Positions 1 to 13,263 of a stretch of 64,000 nucleotides of DNA are shown here, piece by piece (position 1 is the stretch's first letter; each line of letters starts with the position of its first letter). Made by a program: the position numbers and the translations under genes. The notes under the pieces were generated by a model, which saw only the letters and a program-made list of their open reading frames with translations, was not told the DNA's origin and did no database searches. The stretch comes from Octopus vulgaris (taxonomy: Eukaryota): assembly GCA_951406725.2 (NCBI GenBank), contig OX597822.1, positions 41,974,001 to 42,038,000 of the forward strand. Reading direction: 5' to 3'.

Positions 1-363
1 TGTCACCGTTTATCTAAAACAGCAACATCAATTTTCTCTGGTTCTGTTAAGACAATATTTCTTTTGTTGTAACTGGTCCCTATCACTGTTTCTGTCACAT
101 CTCCATCACACAGTGGGCACATACCTAATATAAACATTTATTTCAAGGTTTAATTGGCTTTTCCTATCTACCTGCTTCTCTGCTTGCTTATCTTCTGTAT
201 TCCCCCAATTAGATACCCACCCCCATCCTGACATAGTCATCTCTCTCCTTACTACATAAACCAATACTCCAATCTTTCTCAATCACCATGTTCTATGTCC
301 ATCAGTCTTTCAACAACAACACGTATATTCAGATAATATCCACCCCCCAACCTGTTACTGATT

Positions 364-470
364 TCATCATCATCATCATCGTTTAACGTCCACTTTTCAT
401 GCTAGCATGGGTTGGACGATTTGGCTGAGGACTGGCGAACCAGATCGCTTCACCAGGCTCCAATCTTGAT
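364..470 (-). mobile_element. SINE family C 3' end, (GAT)n tail
   Basis: catcatcatcgtttaacgtcc...ccatgctagcatgggttggacg...caccaggctccaatc recurs at 9022, 24511 and 26887. Confidence 0.8.
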
Positions 471-2254
471 CCTTCTGTTTACAATATAGACTAACAGGCA
501 TGTAATTATTGCCTCATCTTCACACAGCAACAAAGCATACTAGCAATGACAACAGATATTTACCTAAAATTCCATCGAACAATCTTAAAACACCAAACAC
601 CCATTACCTCCTCCCTCTGTTATCTAAACTGATACAGCTCTACTATTTCCCATACATCCAACATCTTCAGTAGTGGTAACAGCTGTGGTTAGTGTGTGGG
701 TACACATGTGTCACTTGCATAAAAATGGTGGTAGTTATGATGCTGACGGCAATATAGGTCAGTGATATAACTGGTGGTGGTGGCAGTGGTGGTTTATTAG
801 GATTATGTATTGCTAAATGTTACCCCATCCGCTCCACCAGACATTTTTAAACTTCTGATGTGATAACAATAAATATATCACACATGTTTCTACTTTTGGG
901 AAGACAGTTTCTTCCCACAAAGTGTTCTCTCTTTTCCACAGAACATATTCATCAGGGTTAGTCTTGTCAGCAGTGTCTCTCGAGTTTCTTGCTAGTTTCC
1001 AAGATCAACCATTAAATAGTCTTGTATACTTTGAGATTCTTCAGACGATACTTTGGCAAGTCTGTTTCACTGAGAAGGTTGCAATAACACTGGAACATGC
1101 TCAGAGTTGTCACCCATATTTTCTGAAATAATTAAAATATATTAGTCAAGACTGATATTGATTATTTCTACAGAGCTTTCTGATGCTCTATATATTAAAT
1201 ACATTGAGTTATTTAATCATTTTTCTACAAATGTTAGTGCCTCCCCATCCAATAAGATTAAGGTCAACAGTATTACAAATAACTGATACTGTTATAACTC
1301 TACGAGGGAGCTTCTACATGGATGCTTGACCTGTTAGAAATAGCACCCAAATTGCCCTCAAATGAGACCCTTCAATCTTATATGATGTTACACTACAGAA
1401 TCTATAGATTTTAACCCATGTTGCATGTATAAAGATGATGAAAATACCTTGCCTTTATATAAAATAGGTTTGTGGACAGGAAATGTGGGTTTAGCTGCTG
1501 GACCACTTTCAGTCCTGTGTTGAGCTGTCACCAGTGACTGAGTTCTTATTTTAATTATCCATAGATACTTTAAGAGGACAGTTAAAATGGATTGCTTGCC
1601 CCTGGTGAAATCCCACCACAGGACTGAAACAAAACTCTAATAATTTATTAATCTATTAATGCACCAGTAATTCATTAATCTCATATGACATTTAATAAAT
1701 GTAAGTGAAGATTTTTGTAAAAATCTGGGATGGTCATGGCTTGAATACTTTTGATCATAGGTCTGCTTGATAAACACTGACCTGGGGCTCAACAGCAACA
1801 ATCATCACCACCATTACAAACTACATTAATATCACCATCATTACTACCACGAACCACCATCCTTATTAATACCACCACTCTCGCCTGACTGGGATGCCTT
1901 TTTACGTAGTTCTGTGTGCTCTATTATGGTAAGCCTAGGGCTAAACAACAACAACCACCATCATCACTATTAGTCTCAACCAACACTACTACTACTACCA
2001 ATCTCTATCATCATCACCATCACCACCATTATCGTAGTCACCACCAAACATTACAGTCATCACTACTACCACCATCATCACTACCACTGTCATCATCATC
2101 ATCACCATCATCAATACTGCCATCGCCACCCCTCACTTCCATCAAGCATTAAACCCAACAGCTTTATGTATTGATGTATATCTGTTGAGACAACAAGGTT
2201 CTGAACCAAACTAGAGCCTTCACTTAGTAAATATTTAACACACCAGTGAGACTT

Positions 2255-2410
2255 TAATTAATCAGCACTTTACCTTTAATTAATCAACACTTTTAATTAA
2301 TCGTGTCTCTTACATTTAATTAGTTAACACTCTACCTTTAATTAATGAAGTCTTTACCTTTAATAATCAAGACTCTACCTTTTAATTAATCACCACTTTA
2401 CCTTTAATTG
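2255..2410. repeat. Degenerate ~22-bp tandem repeat
   Basis: About 7 copies of ttaattaatca(a/g)cact(t/c)tacct. Confidence 0.75.
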
Positions 2411-2585
2411 AGGAGAGGTAATCCCCAAAACAGGGTAGACAACTGTAAATGTTATTCACAAAACACTGAAATCCCAATTACCTCAACATTGGTGGGTTTG
2501 AATTGATGTGTCGTTAATATACTGTGCAGTTAATTACCCAGCTATATGCCGCTCCCTGTTGTCATTAATATACTATAAGTGACAG

Positions 2586-2802
2586 CAGTGAGCCGACAGA
2601 ATTGTTTGCACACCAGGCAAAATGCTTGGTGGTATTTCATCCATCTTTTTGTGTTCAGAGTTCAAATTCTGCCACGGTCAAACTTATCTTTCATCCTTTC
2701 AAGGTCAATAGAATAAGCATCGGTTGGGCACTGGGGTCAAATGTAATGAACTTACCCCATCACCTGAAATTGCTGTTCTTGCCATTGCCAAATTCAAAAC
2801 CA
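2586..2802 (+). mobile_element. tRNA-derived SINE family B
   Basis: B-box-like gagttcaaattc, tttcatcctttc, cactggggtcaa and aaattgctg...aaattcaaaacc tail. More than 15 related copies in the window. Confidence 0.8.
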
Positions 2803-3630
2803 AGATACTGTACAGTTAAATCAATCATATACACACCATCTATCCTTACTGTCGTTTATATGCTGTACAGCTAAATCACCCATAAATACATCATTCACCA
2901 CCTTATTATTAATATACTGTACAGCTAAATCACCTACTTATAGACACAGACCAACCTTTTGTCCCTGTAAATAGGACAGAAGTGATATTTCACAGACTAG
3001 TGACACACGGTGAGTGTAAAGTGACTTCCTACCAGAGAAGAATTATTTTGTCACCAAAGTTTGGCACTGTCTGATGTTGTTAATAATCCATCAACTTTCA
3101 GTAATTTTAGCTGATCTATGCAGACTTAAGTTTTTTTTGTTTGTTTTTTTTTTGTGGTCGATTATTTCACTACCAAACAATGTTGTTGTTGTTGTTATTT
3201 TTGCTGTTGCTGTACTTTGAACTTTACCACTTTCTGCTGCTTTTAACCTTCTGTTTCCTTTCAGTATTTAAAAATGAATTTTCTGCTCATTAATGTCAAT
3301 TTGTGTTTCTCTTCCCTAGATGTTTCACACTTCTTTTGTCTCCATCTAATAATGTCTTTGAAAATACAGTAAATACCATCATAGGAACTTACTGTTTGGT
3401 CCCTAGGTCAAATTAATGCAGCAGACCTATGATTAAAGCTCTTCCGGATCTGACCATCCCATCTTTTATTCAAACCTAATGTATCAAGGACTACATCATC
3501 TAACGTAATAATGTGTAGTGTAGTAGTTAGTACTAATGGCTATAACTAATGTTGTTTATAGTCTCAGATCAATCCCAGTCCAGCAGATCAATAATTAGGT
3601 GTTCCGACCATGACCTTTCCATCTATTATT

Positions 3631-3893
3631 CTAAGTTACGGGGATGTAAACATGGCAGCATTGGTTGTCAAGTGATGGTAGGAGGACAAACACAGCTACA
3701 TACACACAAACACACACATATACATATTTACAATGGGCTTCTTTCAATTTACGTCTACCAAATCCACTCACAAGGCTTTGGTTGGACTGAGGCTATAGTA
3801 GAAGACACTTGCTGAAGGTGCCATGCAGTGGGACTGAACCCGGAACCATGTGGTTGGTAAACAAGCTACTTACCACATAGCCACTCCTGTGCC
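3631..3893 (-). mobile_element. tRNA-derived CORE-like SINE family A (partial)
   Basis: Reverse complement of the 11903-12307 element (A box tggctatgtgg, B box ggttcagtccc). Confidence 0.85.
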
Positions 3894-5159
3894 TATTTTA
3901 TTTTTTTCAAGGTGGCAAGGTGTGATTGGAGAAAGGCTTGGCTACTATCTCTATCAAGTCAGTCAGCCATATAGAGACGTCTTGTTGTTTCTAAAGGTTG
4001 GTGATGGTAGGGATCAGAGGTATAATGGTTTCTTCTGTTCTCCACAATGCTGCAGTGTTTTCAAAATAATGATGCTAGAGTGTGGAGGTGAGGGAATTCA
4101 ATATTTCTGTATTATTTTAGTTTAAACATACATTCTTGAAATTTTGAATTTTGTTCTCTCTCTCTCATTCTTTCTCCCCCTCTCTCTCCTTTTTACACCA
4201 CCAGCTCCACCTGGTCCTTGGGTGCCTTTAGCTGAGTCCACTCTGCAACCAGGTGTCTGGACTTGTGAATAACTTCTTCCCATTCTTCTCACCTTTGTCA
4301 GAAACTCAACCAGTAGATATATTGTAAATTTGTCCTCACACTGTCCCCTGTTGTTAATTTTCATTTGATTACATTGCTCAGTTACACCAATCTCACAAGT
4401 CCTGCTATCAGGTGGTCATTACAAAGTTGATTAGGGTTGCCTTTCCTTCATACACTGTATTCTCTAATATCAACTGTCTATAACCAATACATGTTAAAAC
4501 TATAAATGTAATGTATGCTGATGATTCAAAAAAGGATGAAATAGTGCTGTTCATAACTACCAAAGACTAGAATCTTTTGGAATTTTATAAATTGTTGGTA
4601 AAATAATATTAAATATGTATATTCTGTAAGCTTTCTTTACTCCTTGTTGGAAATTCCAAATTTTCAAATCAGCCTTAAATTAATATAGAAGTGATTGTTT
4701 CACCTATAATCTAGAAGTGATTGTCTCCTAGCCACCAGGTACTCACTAAGTGTAATATCTCTTTAACATTACATGGAGACACTTATGTGTATATGTCTCC
4801 AGCCACCCAATATGTGCAGAGGATTTGATTCCGGTTTCTGTTCCTTTAACTCACATGGTTTCAAGATCTGAAGAATAATCTTCTTTTTAGTTTCTTCTTC
4901 CACATAAAATCTGGTCAAATTAAATAGCCTTAGATAATAGCACCCTTTATATTGACCCTTGCAAAAAAATATGAATAATTGTAGCCCTTTATAACATAAA
5001 TAACTGAAATAACTCTAGAATACTTAAATAATGGTAACCTTCTAGAAATGATCCTAGAACACTTTGTCTTTTGTGGAAGCATGTATCTCAAGCACATTTT
5101 GAGATTTAACTGAATTTTTTAACAAAGGGATCTCCTTCAGTGTTAGTCTCTAGAGTGAA

Positions 5160-5380
5160 AGTGGCCTTGGTCAGTGTGCTTCTAAGTCTGGCAGTTACCA
5201 CAGCTAAATGGCTTTGATCAATACATTCCTGCTAGTCACCACAGATAGTGGCCTTGGTCAATATATTCCCTGTGCCAACACAGTTAATATGCTCTTGTTC
5301 AATATACATGTAAAGTGGTTTTAGTCAATCAATGTGTACTAGTGCCACTACAGCTAGCATGATCTTGGTAATACATAACA
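5160..5380. repeat. Degenerate ~45-bp tandem repeat
   Basis: Recurring gtggccttggtca...(c)cacagctaa units. Confidence 0.55.
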
Positions 5381-6325
5381 GTTAATCTTCCTCTATTGGC
5401 ATCCATCCCAGTTGTGGTTCTAGTTGTAGTTAACTCCTTCCTGGTCCAGCAGATCTATAACCAAAGGTGTTTCAGCCATGACCATCTTCAAACACACTTT
5501 GTTATAAAATTAAATTATCTGATGGTCATATATTTTTGAAGATGGTAGGGAGATTTGGCTCCTATTTTTAATGCATTGAGCAACCTCCTAAGTGGCCTCT
5601 TTGTAGATATATTCCAGTCCTTGTTATAACCAGAAATGACTGGTTATCTCTGGTAATTCCCCTCTCCCCACCTTTTATATTATATCAACCAGTCTCTAGA
5701 TCTGACAACCTTCTTTTCTGTTTTTTTGTGTATGCGTAAACCTGTCAAACCCATCTTCACTATGAAGTCTCAAATGTTGACCTGGTTTTTGTTTACTTAA
5801 CTTTGCTGATTTCCCCCTCTCCCCACCTCCGGAAAACTCTACCACCATCACAACAACAACAACAATCACCACCAACTCACTGTTTACTTTTGATCTCATT
5901 TTTTTTTTTTTCAGATCAAATATCTATGAATTACTCTCTGCCAAAGGTTTTATTGTGTGTGTGTGTACACTTATTGCCAACCTATAACTTAGTATGTGTA
6001 TATGTGTTCACTCAGTAAATGTCATCATACATATGATGGGCCAAATCTGACCTATTACCTCTTGTTTTCTCTGTGTTTACACCAAACAAGCAACAGCAGC
6101 AGCAGCAATATTTCTGTGGCAACGACCTGGTCTGACTCAGTTATTGTTTGGAAATAATTAGGGAGGGTTATGGGAACTTAACCATGATGCATAAAAAAAA
6201 AATAATAATAATAATAACATAATTGCTGATATCGCAGTGTAACCTGTCTTTGTAATGTTCCCTTCATCTAATGCCCCAATGGGAAATAAAAGAATATATC
6301 ATCATCACCATCATCCATTATTGCT

Positions 6326-6510
6326 AAGGCAGCATAGTCATTTGCTTACCAAACATAATGCTAAATGGAATTTCTTGTGGTTTTACACTCTGAGTTCAAA
6401 TTGTGCCAAGGTAGACATTGCCTTTCATCCTTTCAAAGTTTATAAAATAGGCACCAGTTGGGCACTGGGGTTGATGTAATCATCTTCCCTACTTCCCTCA
6501 AAACTGCTGT
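6326..6510 (+). mobile_element. SINE family B
   Basis: ctgagttcaaattgtgccaaggtagacattgcctttcatcctttc...gcactggggttgatgtaatc. Confidence 0.8.
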
Positions 6511-7117
6511 TCCTGGTAGATGAGAGTGGTGGTCATGGTCTGAATGTTTTATATCCTTCTATACATTGGATATACAGATTTCACAAAGCAGGGATACACA
6601 CAACTGTCTTCACACAACGAAGGTCTTTAAAATCCTCCAATAAACATGATACTCTAACAAATACAAACTCTCAACAGTCTCAACGACTCCTACAACCTCT
6701 TCTCTCATCTCAACCAATATGCTACTTTTTATAAGAGCCCGGCTAGTCCATTCTTCCAATCCCACAGGGGTGTCAATGACTCTTGCTACAGCAAAATGAA
6801 TAGGCCTATTCTGAGTATGCAGACAACAGAGAGAAAGCCTTTGCTTTAGTGGCCAGGGAGACTTATTTTGTGAGATTTCAATGAGTAGCCAAACGTCAGT
6901 AGATTCTCATTTGCAGAATTATGCATCGTTTGCAATTTATTGTTTCCTTCTTACTGTTAGTCTCCCCTTTTGCATGTTTTTTTTTTATGTAATCCAACAT
7001 TCTATCATCCTGTACCATCCCTGATGTTTTTTATAGACCCTTAGTGATTATTCCAGAAAACTATTCTTCTTCATCTTCTTCTCATCACCATCATCATTAT
7101 TATTATTGCAGCAGCAG

Positions 7118-7790
7118 CAGACAAAATGCTTACTGGCATTATGTCTGTTTTTACGTTCCGAGTTCAAATTCCACTAAAGTCAGCTTTACCTTTCGTCTTT
7201 TTGGTGGGTTCAACAAAATAAGTATGAGCTGAGCATTGGGGTCAGTGTAATCAACTTACTCTGTCTGTTGAAATTGCTTATCATGTGTCAAAATTTGAAA
7301 CCAATAAGGCATTTTGTCTGCCTTTACATTCTGAGTTCAAATTCTGCTGAGGCTGATTTTGCCTTTCATCATTTTGGAGTTGATAAATATGTACCAGTTG
7401 ATCACAAGTCAATGTAATTGACCTAGGCCAACTTTACTTTTGATCCTATCACAATTGCTTAAAAAAAGGTACCAGTTGAACACTGGGGACAATATAATTG
7501 ACTAACCCCCATCCATGAAATGTCAGGCCTTGTGCCTGTAATAGAAAGGATCCTTATGATGATGATGATGTATTGTCAGAATCATGAAAATGTCATAAAA
7601 AAACAAATACCTAGTGGTAGTTATTCCAGCTCTTTTCATTCTGAAATCAACTACTGCTTTATCTTTCATCCCACCAGGTTGATAAAGTAAAATACTTGTC
7701 ATGTACTGGGGGAGGGTCAATGTAATCAACTCTGACTCCCTGTTGTTGAATTTCTGGTCCTCTACCTATGCTTCAAACAATTATTGTTAT
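7118..7790 (+). mobile_element. Head-to-tail cluster of about 4 partial family B SINEs
   Basis: Repeated gagttcaaattc / ctttcatc / gtaccagttg / tgtaatcaac modules at about 7150, 7330, 7430 and 7640. Confidence 0.75.
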
Positions 7791-8439
7791 ACTAAAACTG
7801 ATCACTGGTAAGGGAATAAATGCCTGTGGGTGTTGATATATCATTGCTGATATGTGCATATATATATATATCTACTATAATAATGTTCTTGTGTTTTTCT
7901 ACATCACAACATATGAATGAGAAAGGAAGGTGTGATAGATGAATAAAGAAGGAAGAGGTGATGGCAAACTGGTGGGGTGGGGTGGTGAACATTCAACACT
8001 GAAAAAATAAAATCTGACTATATGTGTGTATGTATGTGCATGGACAAGGGAAGTATGTGAATGTATGTGAACATTGACAAGTGTATTAATTTGATTTACC
8101 ATCTATATTTGCATATAAAATACTACAATTAGCCGTCATTTTTGACAGCGTGGTGCCAGCTAGTATATATGAATATATAATATATACCATATTTTGTAAC
8201 CAAAATTTACAGCCAAAAAACGGTAGGTCCATTTATACATCAAAATGATAGTGATGGTGTTTGAATGTTTATATTTCATGTCCATACCATATACAATGTT
8301 AACTTGTATGCTTGGGAACAGGATAACACCACAAGGACCTTTAACATGGCTCATATATTATATCACATGGCTGTCATATCATGGTTTATGTATAATGCCA
8401 CATGGAACAGCATAATATTGCTGTTCTATATGAGGGTTG

Positions 8440-8655
8440 TGAGCTGGCTGAAACATTTGCACAGTGGGTAAAATGCTTAGTGACATTTCATCCGTCTTTA
8501 AGTTCTGTGTTCAAATTCTGCTGAGGTCAGCTTTACCTTTCGTCCATTTGGCATTGATAAAATAAGTACCAGTTGATTATATCAACTGGGGTTGATATAA
8601 TCGACTTACCCCCTCCCCCGAAATTGCTGGCCTTGTGCCAAAATTTGAAACCAAT
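8440..8655 (+). mobile_element. SINE family B, near full length
   Basis: gtgagctggctgaa...gttcaaattctgctgaggtcagc...ctggggttgatataatcgacttacccctcccccgaaattgctggccttgtgccaaaatttgaaacc. Confidence 0.85.
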
Positions 8656-9021
8656 ATCGCTGTTCTATATGGTGTTATTTATGTGGAGTGATGTTATGGC
8701 ACAGTAATGTTACTAGTATCTGATTACAGGGGTTGATGTGAGCTCAACTAACATGGATAATAGTGGTCAAATATGGAATAATATAATCTACTTCACCTAC
8801 AAAAGCTCATCTATTAGTTAGTTAATTAGAAAAGACGAGGTAGAGAATAAGAATTAATCTCTTCACCCATGACTGAGAAGATATATTTGGTTGTTGTTGT
8901 TCAGTGGACATTTTGCAGGATGAGGACAGAGGAGGTGGAGGATACTAAGATGGGAGATTGATGATAACATAGTGACTGTGCAGGGGATCGGTGGTGGAGC
9001 TTGCAAACTATGGACCATTGT

Positions 9022-9362
9022 ATCATCGTCATCATACGTCTGGTTTCCATGCTGGCATAGGTTGGAAGGTTTGACTAAGAGCTGGCAAGCCAGAAGGCTG
9101 CACCAGTCTCCAATCATGATCTGGCAAAGTTTCTACAGCTGGATACCCTTCCTAATGCCAACCACTCCAAGAGTGTAGTTGATGCTTTTACATGTCACCA
9201 GCATAAGGGTCAGTCAGGCGGTACTGGCATCGGCCACACTCAAATGGTGCTTTTTACGTGCCACCTGCATGCACAGGAGCCAGTCCAGTAGCACTGGTAA
9301 TGACCACACTTGAATGGTGCTTTTTTTTACATACCACCAGCATGGGAGCCAGTCAGTGGCCC
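9022..9362 (-). mobile_element. SINE family C with three internal ~55-bp tandem units
   Basis: tttctacagctggatacccttcctaatgccaaccactc, followed by repeated ggtgcttttta(c)...ccacc...gagccagtca units. Confidence 0.8.
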
Positions 9363-9939
9363 TGCTTTACAACTACATTCAATGAAAATACACTTTATTT
9401 TATGTCCCTTGTCTTAAACAGTAACTGTGTCAATGGTTGTCAACACTTCTCTTCCTCACATTATCATGTATATATAAGTTCACGCACAGACACACATATC
9501 AGTATGCTGTCAAATACACACATGCATACAACCATACCTACAAACTTAAAGCTGTAGACACTCAAATCTACATACCCCTTAATCACAGTTATGCACATGT
9601 GCACATACATAGACACACACACAGGCTGTCAACCATGTAGTAGCACATATGCATAAACCACTATAAAGATTAGTGCCTGTATGTGTGTCGTTATTGTTTA
9701 GTGAATGTTAATGTGTATATTTTATTAGAAGCCGACTTTTCTTGACCTGTAACATTTTAAAAACTTACCTGTATATATATGCACGTGTTTGTGAGTGTGT
9801 TGGAGGGGAATGAAGAGGAAGAAAATAGAAAAGATACTCGTTCCCTCCTCTATCTGTACAATATCACTTCTTTTCTCTCTGACAGTTTCCCTTTCTAAAT
9901 CTGATTAAAGCTATCATGATGTACTGTAATATATATTAA

Positions 9940-10160
9940 CCCTTTAGTGTTCACATTATTCTGCCAAAATTAATGCTTCTTCATCCACATTGTTTTGAAC
10001 TAATCATGCATTATCTCGTAGCTATGAGATTTTGATGGGGTAGCTGTTAATTTCTAAATCAATATTGTAGGGTTGGTGTGAGAGACCAGATCTGGCCAGT
10101 TTGAACATAAAACAGGCAGAATACTTTTGGCCGGATATGGCCGGTTTAAATGTTAAAGGG
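9940..10160. mobile_element. piggyBac-type MITE, family 1
   Basis: TTAA|CCCTTTAG ... TAAAGGG|TTAA, 221 bp. Inverted-orientation copy at 36611-36822. Confidence 0.85.
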
Positions 10161-10834
10161 TTAAACTGTAACTACAAAGGCCAAAGTCCAGCTGGAGTGA
10201 CCCTATTGGTTACAACACTTGATACATAAAGTTACAGTTGAGAATCTCAAGGAATATGGTTAGCCATATCAGAGCCATTCTTTCTAAGATAATATTTTCA
10301 TCTCATTTTCTCTGTGTTCATCAGGCTCATGCTTAGCTTCAATCTTTTGATGGGTTTTTCTATGAAACAATGTAAATCTCTCCTGGATAGATGACAGGTG
10401 AATTCAAATTAATTTTACCTATCAAAGTCAATTTATATTGTCTTTAGAGATAAACTAACAGAAAAAGGATTAAATATTCTTACAGTTATGAGTTTGACCA
10501 TTTAAATTGTATTTAATCTGAGGTCATTGTAAGTTTAGATACCAATCCACCTATGACCACCACCTCTGATTCTATGATACAAAACTTCCCATTTTAAAGT
10601 GTTCACATTGAAGTTAAAACTTTCTATCAAAATTTTATGAACATTTATGTCCTACTGACCAACTTGTAGATAAAAATTTGACTAAATCTCACCAAATCCT
10701 TGATTATACTCAGAACAGGCCACAAAGGTAGTAATTCTCAATTAGAAATATGGACCTGAAAGAGTTAATTCATCTTTATAGTACCTGTAAAATGGTTGAT
10801 GAATCAAGTTAAGGCAATGTAAAATCAAGGTAAC

Positions 10835-11065
10835 TTTGTAGCCTTGCTGAGGACATGAAACCCTCTCTGGTGCTGGTGCTATGATAAAATACATTCTGTA
10901 TGAATTGTAAAGTGGTTAGTGTTAAGAAGGGTATCCAGCTGTAGGAAGCAAGCCAAAAACAGAGATGCCAAGGAGAGACATGGCTTTCTGACCTTTGTAG
11001 GAAAGCTTTACCCACCAAATAAGAACTGACTGAGACCAATCCAAGCATGGGAAACAGACATAAAA
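10835..11065 (+). mobile_element. SINE family C
   Basis: gtaaagtggttagtgttaagaagggtatccagctgtag...aatccaagcatgggaaacagacataaa. Confidence 0.7.
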
Positions 11066-11902
11066 ATAAGTGTCACCATGTTCATCATCATCATCATCAT
11101 CACCACCACCACCATCAAAGTGTTTGTGTTATGTTCTGTGAGTCAGAGCAGAAATACAACAAAGTTGTTTAGAGTACTGGCAAGTCAACTGTTTCAATCT
11201 CACTCCACCTATCACCAGTGTGTCACTGTTAACAAAAGATTTAGCTATTAATGAATAAGTCCACCTTGTTGAAAACAATTTCCATGAGAGGTACAGTTTT
11301 ACTATTTATATAACCATTAGCTTGCTTCATTAGCTTGCAATGTTTAAAACCTCTCTGTGGTTGGGAAAGACAGGAAACCATATTTTCGGTATATTGTTCA
11401 TTGAATCACCCCCATCAAGACAAGGTGGTTACTGGGGTCCCCTGACCTCACTATGACAATGTAGAATACAACTAACTGTTGATAATGATTCACACAGAAA
11501 GAACAAGTTGTTAACAGATTAGTTCGAAAAAGACAAATCTTTCTAGACAAGGGGAAATAACTCAGTGTATACTGTAGGATAACTGCCAGCTTTTATAGTA
11601 AGACAGTCACTGCTGAGATTTATGTACTCATCTGAATGTTTACAAAATGCAATATCTAAGATCATGAGATTTCAGCTAGTATTGAACCCACTTCCTTTGC
11701 CTTGAGATCAATAATGCTTAACTTGATACCAAACTAGTTGAGACTGTTGTCACTGATTCTGTGATATCCATTTTCAATTGTTCATATATTAAAAGATTAC
11801 TGTCAGAACTTTTGATGACGTTCCAGACACTGATGAAGAAAATTTATTAGTTTCTTAATTCTTTCCAATTGTTAAATATTTTCAAAATTAATTAAAACAT
11901 AA

Positions 11903-12307
11903 CGCAGGAGTGGCTGTGTGGTAAGTAGCTTGCTAACTAACCACATGGTTCTGGGTTCAGTCCCACTGCGTGGCACCTTGGGCAAGTGTCTTCTACTATA
12001 GCCTCGGGCCGACCAATGCCTTGTGAGTGGATTTGGTAGACGGAAACTGAAAGAAGCCTGTCGTATATATGTATATATGTATATGTATGTGTGTGTGTTT
12101 GTGTGTCTGTGTTTGTTCCCCTAGCATTGCTTGACAACCGATGCTGGTGTGTTTACGTCCCTGTCACTTAGCGGTTCGGCAAAAAGAGACCGATAGAATA
12201 AGTACTGGACTTACAAAAAGAATGAGTCCTGGGGTCGAGTTGCTCGACTAAAGGCGGTGCTCCAGCATGGCCGCAGTCATGACTGAAACAAGTAAAAGAG
12301 TAAAGAG
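11903..12307 (+). mobile_element. Full-length tRNA-derived CORE-like SINE family A
   Basis: A box TGGCTGTGTGG and B box GGTTCAGTCCC, then CORE-like ggcaccttgggcaagtgtctt, a central (TA)/(TG) microsatellite and the 3' end gactgaaacaagtaaaagagtaaagag. Many CpGs are intact. Confidence 0.9.
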
Positions 12308-12602
12308 TATAACATATTTTATGACAGGAGTTACCATTATATCTATTTAACATAACGCTATCATTTCTCCCTACCATATTATCCATTTACCTAATGAAGT
12401 TAAAAAACATAGGAACACAACATTTCCACCCTGCATATCAAACATCTCTCTCCCACTTTCACCGACCAATTTTCAATCTTAGTGAATTGGAACTCGATTC
12501 AAATTCTTTTCAGTCTTGGATTATTTCCCTTGCCTTTAGTTTATCATTGTCCAACAATATCTACTTGGTCCCAATTCAACTTTAGTATTGTTTAATTAAA
12601 TT

Positions 12603-12798
12603 TATTGTATTTTCTAACATACAAGTAAAATTTTTAAAACCAAAATTTTTCACTCAAAAATGGTAGGTTGACTTATACACCAGGATGATTGTCAAAACGA
12701 AAAATTTTGTGTGAAATGCAGCAGGATTTGAAAAGATATTACTATGTCTGAATGTTTACACTTCATGTTATGCTGACATGTATACCAAAAATACAGTA
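12603..12798. mobile_element. Tc1/mariner/pogo-type MITE (~190 bp)
   Basis: Termini ta(t)tgtattttc ... aaaaatacagta, internal ggtaggttgacttatacac. Inverted-orientation copy at 40382-40571 and a fragment near 8185-8245. Confidence 0.65.
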
Positions 12799-12946
12799 TT
12801 CTGTAAGCACTTCACTATTCCACCACCTCATTCAGGCCTGACCTGAGGCTAAATAGTATTTCATTAAAAATATGATGATTAAAATGTAATTAAGATTCCG
12901 TCATCATTTCAGATCTTTTGTTATATATTTCCTCATTTCTTTCCAG

Positions 12947-13133
12947 TACGACGACACAAACGCACCAAGCTTAGTGACTTGGAGCCGATGGACACTATTT
13001 TTGTGAAGCATGTGAAAGAAGACAGTCCTGCAGAACTTGCTGGTTTAAATACTGGAGACAGAATTGTCTCCGTCAACGGAGAGCCTGTTACAGGAAAAAC
13101 TTACTCTCAAGTTATCTCTCTCATACAGTCCAG
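12947..13133 (+). CDS. ARHGAP21: Internal exon of ARHGAP21/23-like Rho GTPase-activating protein gene, PDZ domain
   Basis: Acceptor tttctttccag, donor CAG|gtaaag. Translates [61 protein letters not shown], matching the ARHGAP21/23 PDZ signature ([38 protein letters not shown]). 187 nt, phase 1 to phase 2. Probably co-orthologous to ARHGAP21 and ARHGAP23. Confidence 0.93.
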
Positions 13134-13263
13134 GTAAAGTTGATGCTTTTCATTCACTTTAGAAACTACTAACAACAGTCTATCAATTTGTGGGTGTCAG
13201 AACCTCATCAGTCCTCTTAATCGTAATTGCTGATTGCTTTCTTAGTAACCTGATATTGCAGCT

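Noticed and set aside
900-1135. Complex sequence with ORF 922-1131
   Set aside because: No recognisable domain or splice pattern in any frame; possibly an old retroelement fragment.
4505-4552. CTGATGA...GAAA hammerhead-like string
   Set aside because: No proper stem II or III. It reads VMYADDSK, more likely a trace of a decayed RT, and is too degraded to call.
11903-11990. tRNA gene (also at other A/B-box heads)
   Set aside because: No complete cloverleaf; each continues into a SINE body.
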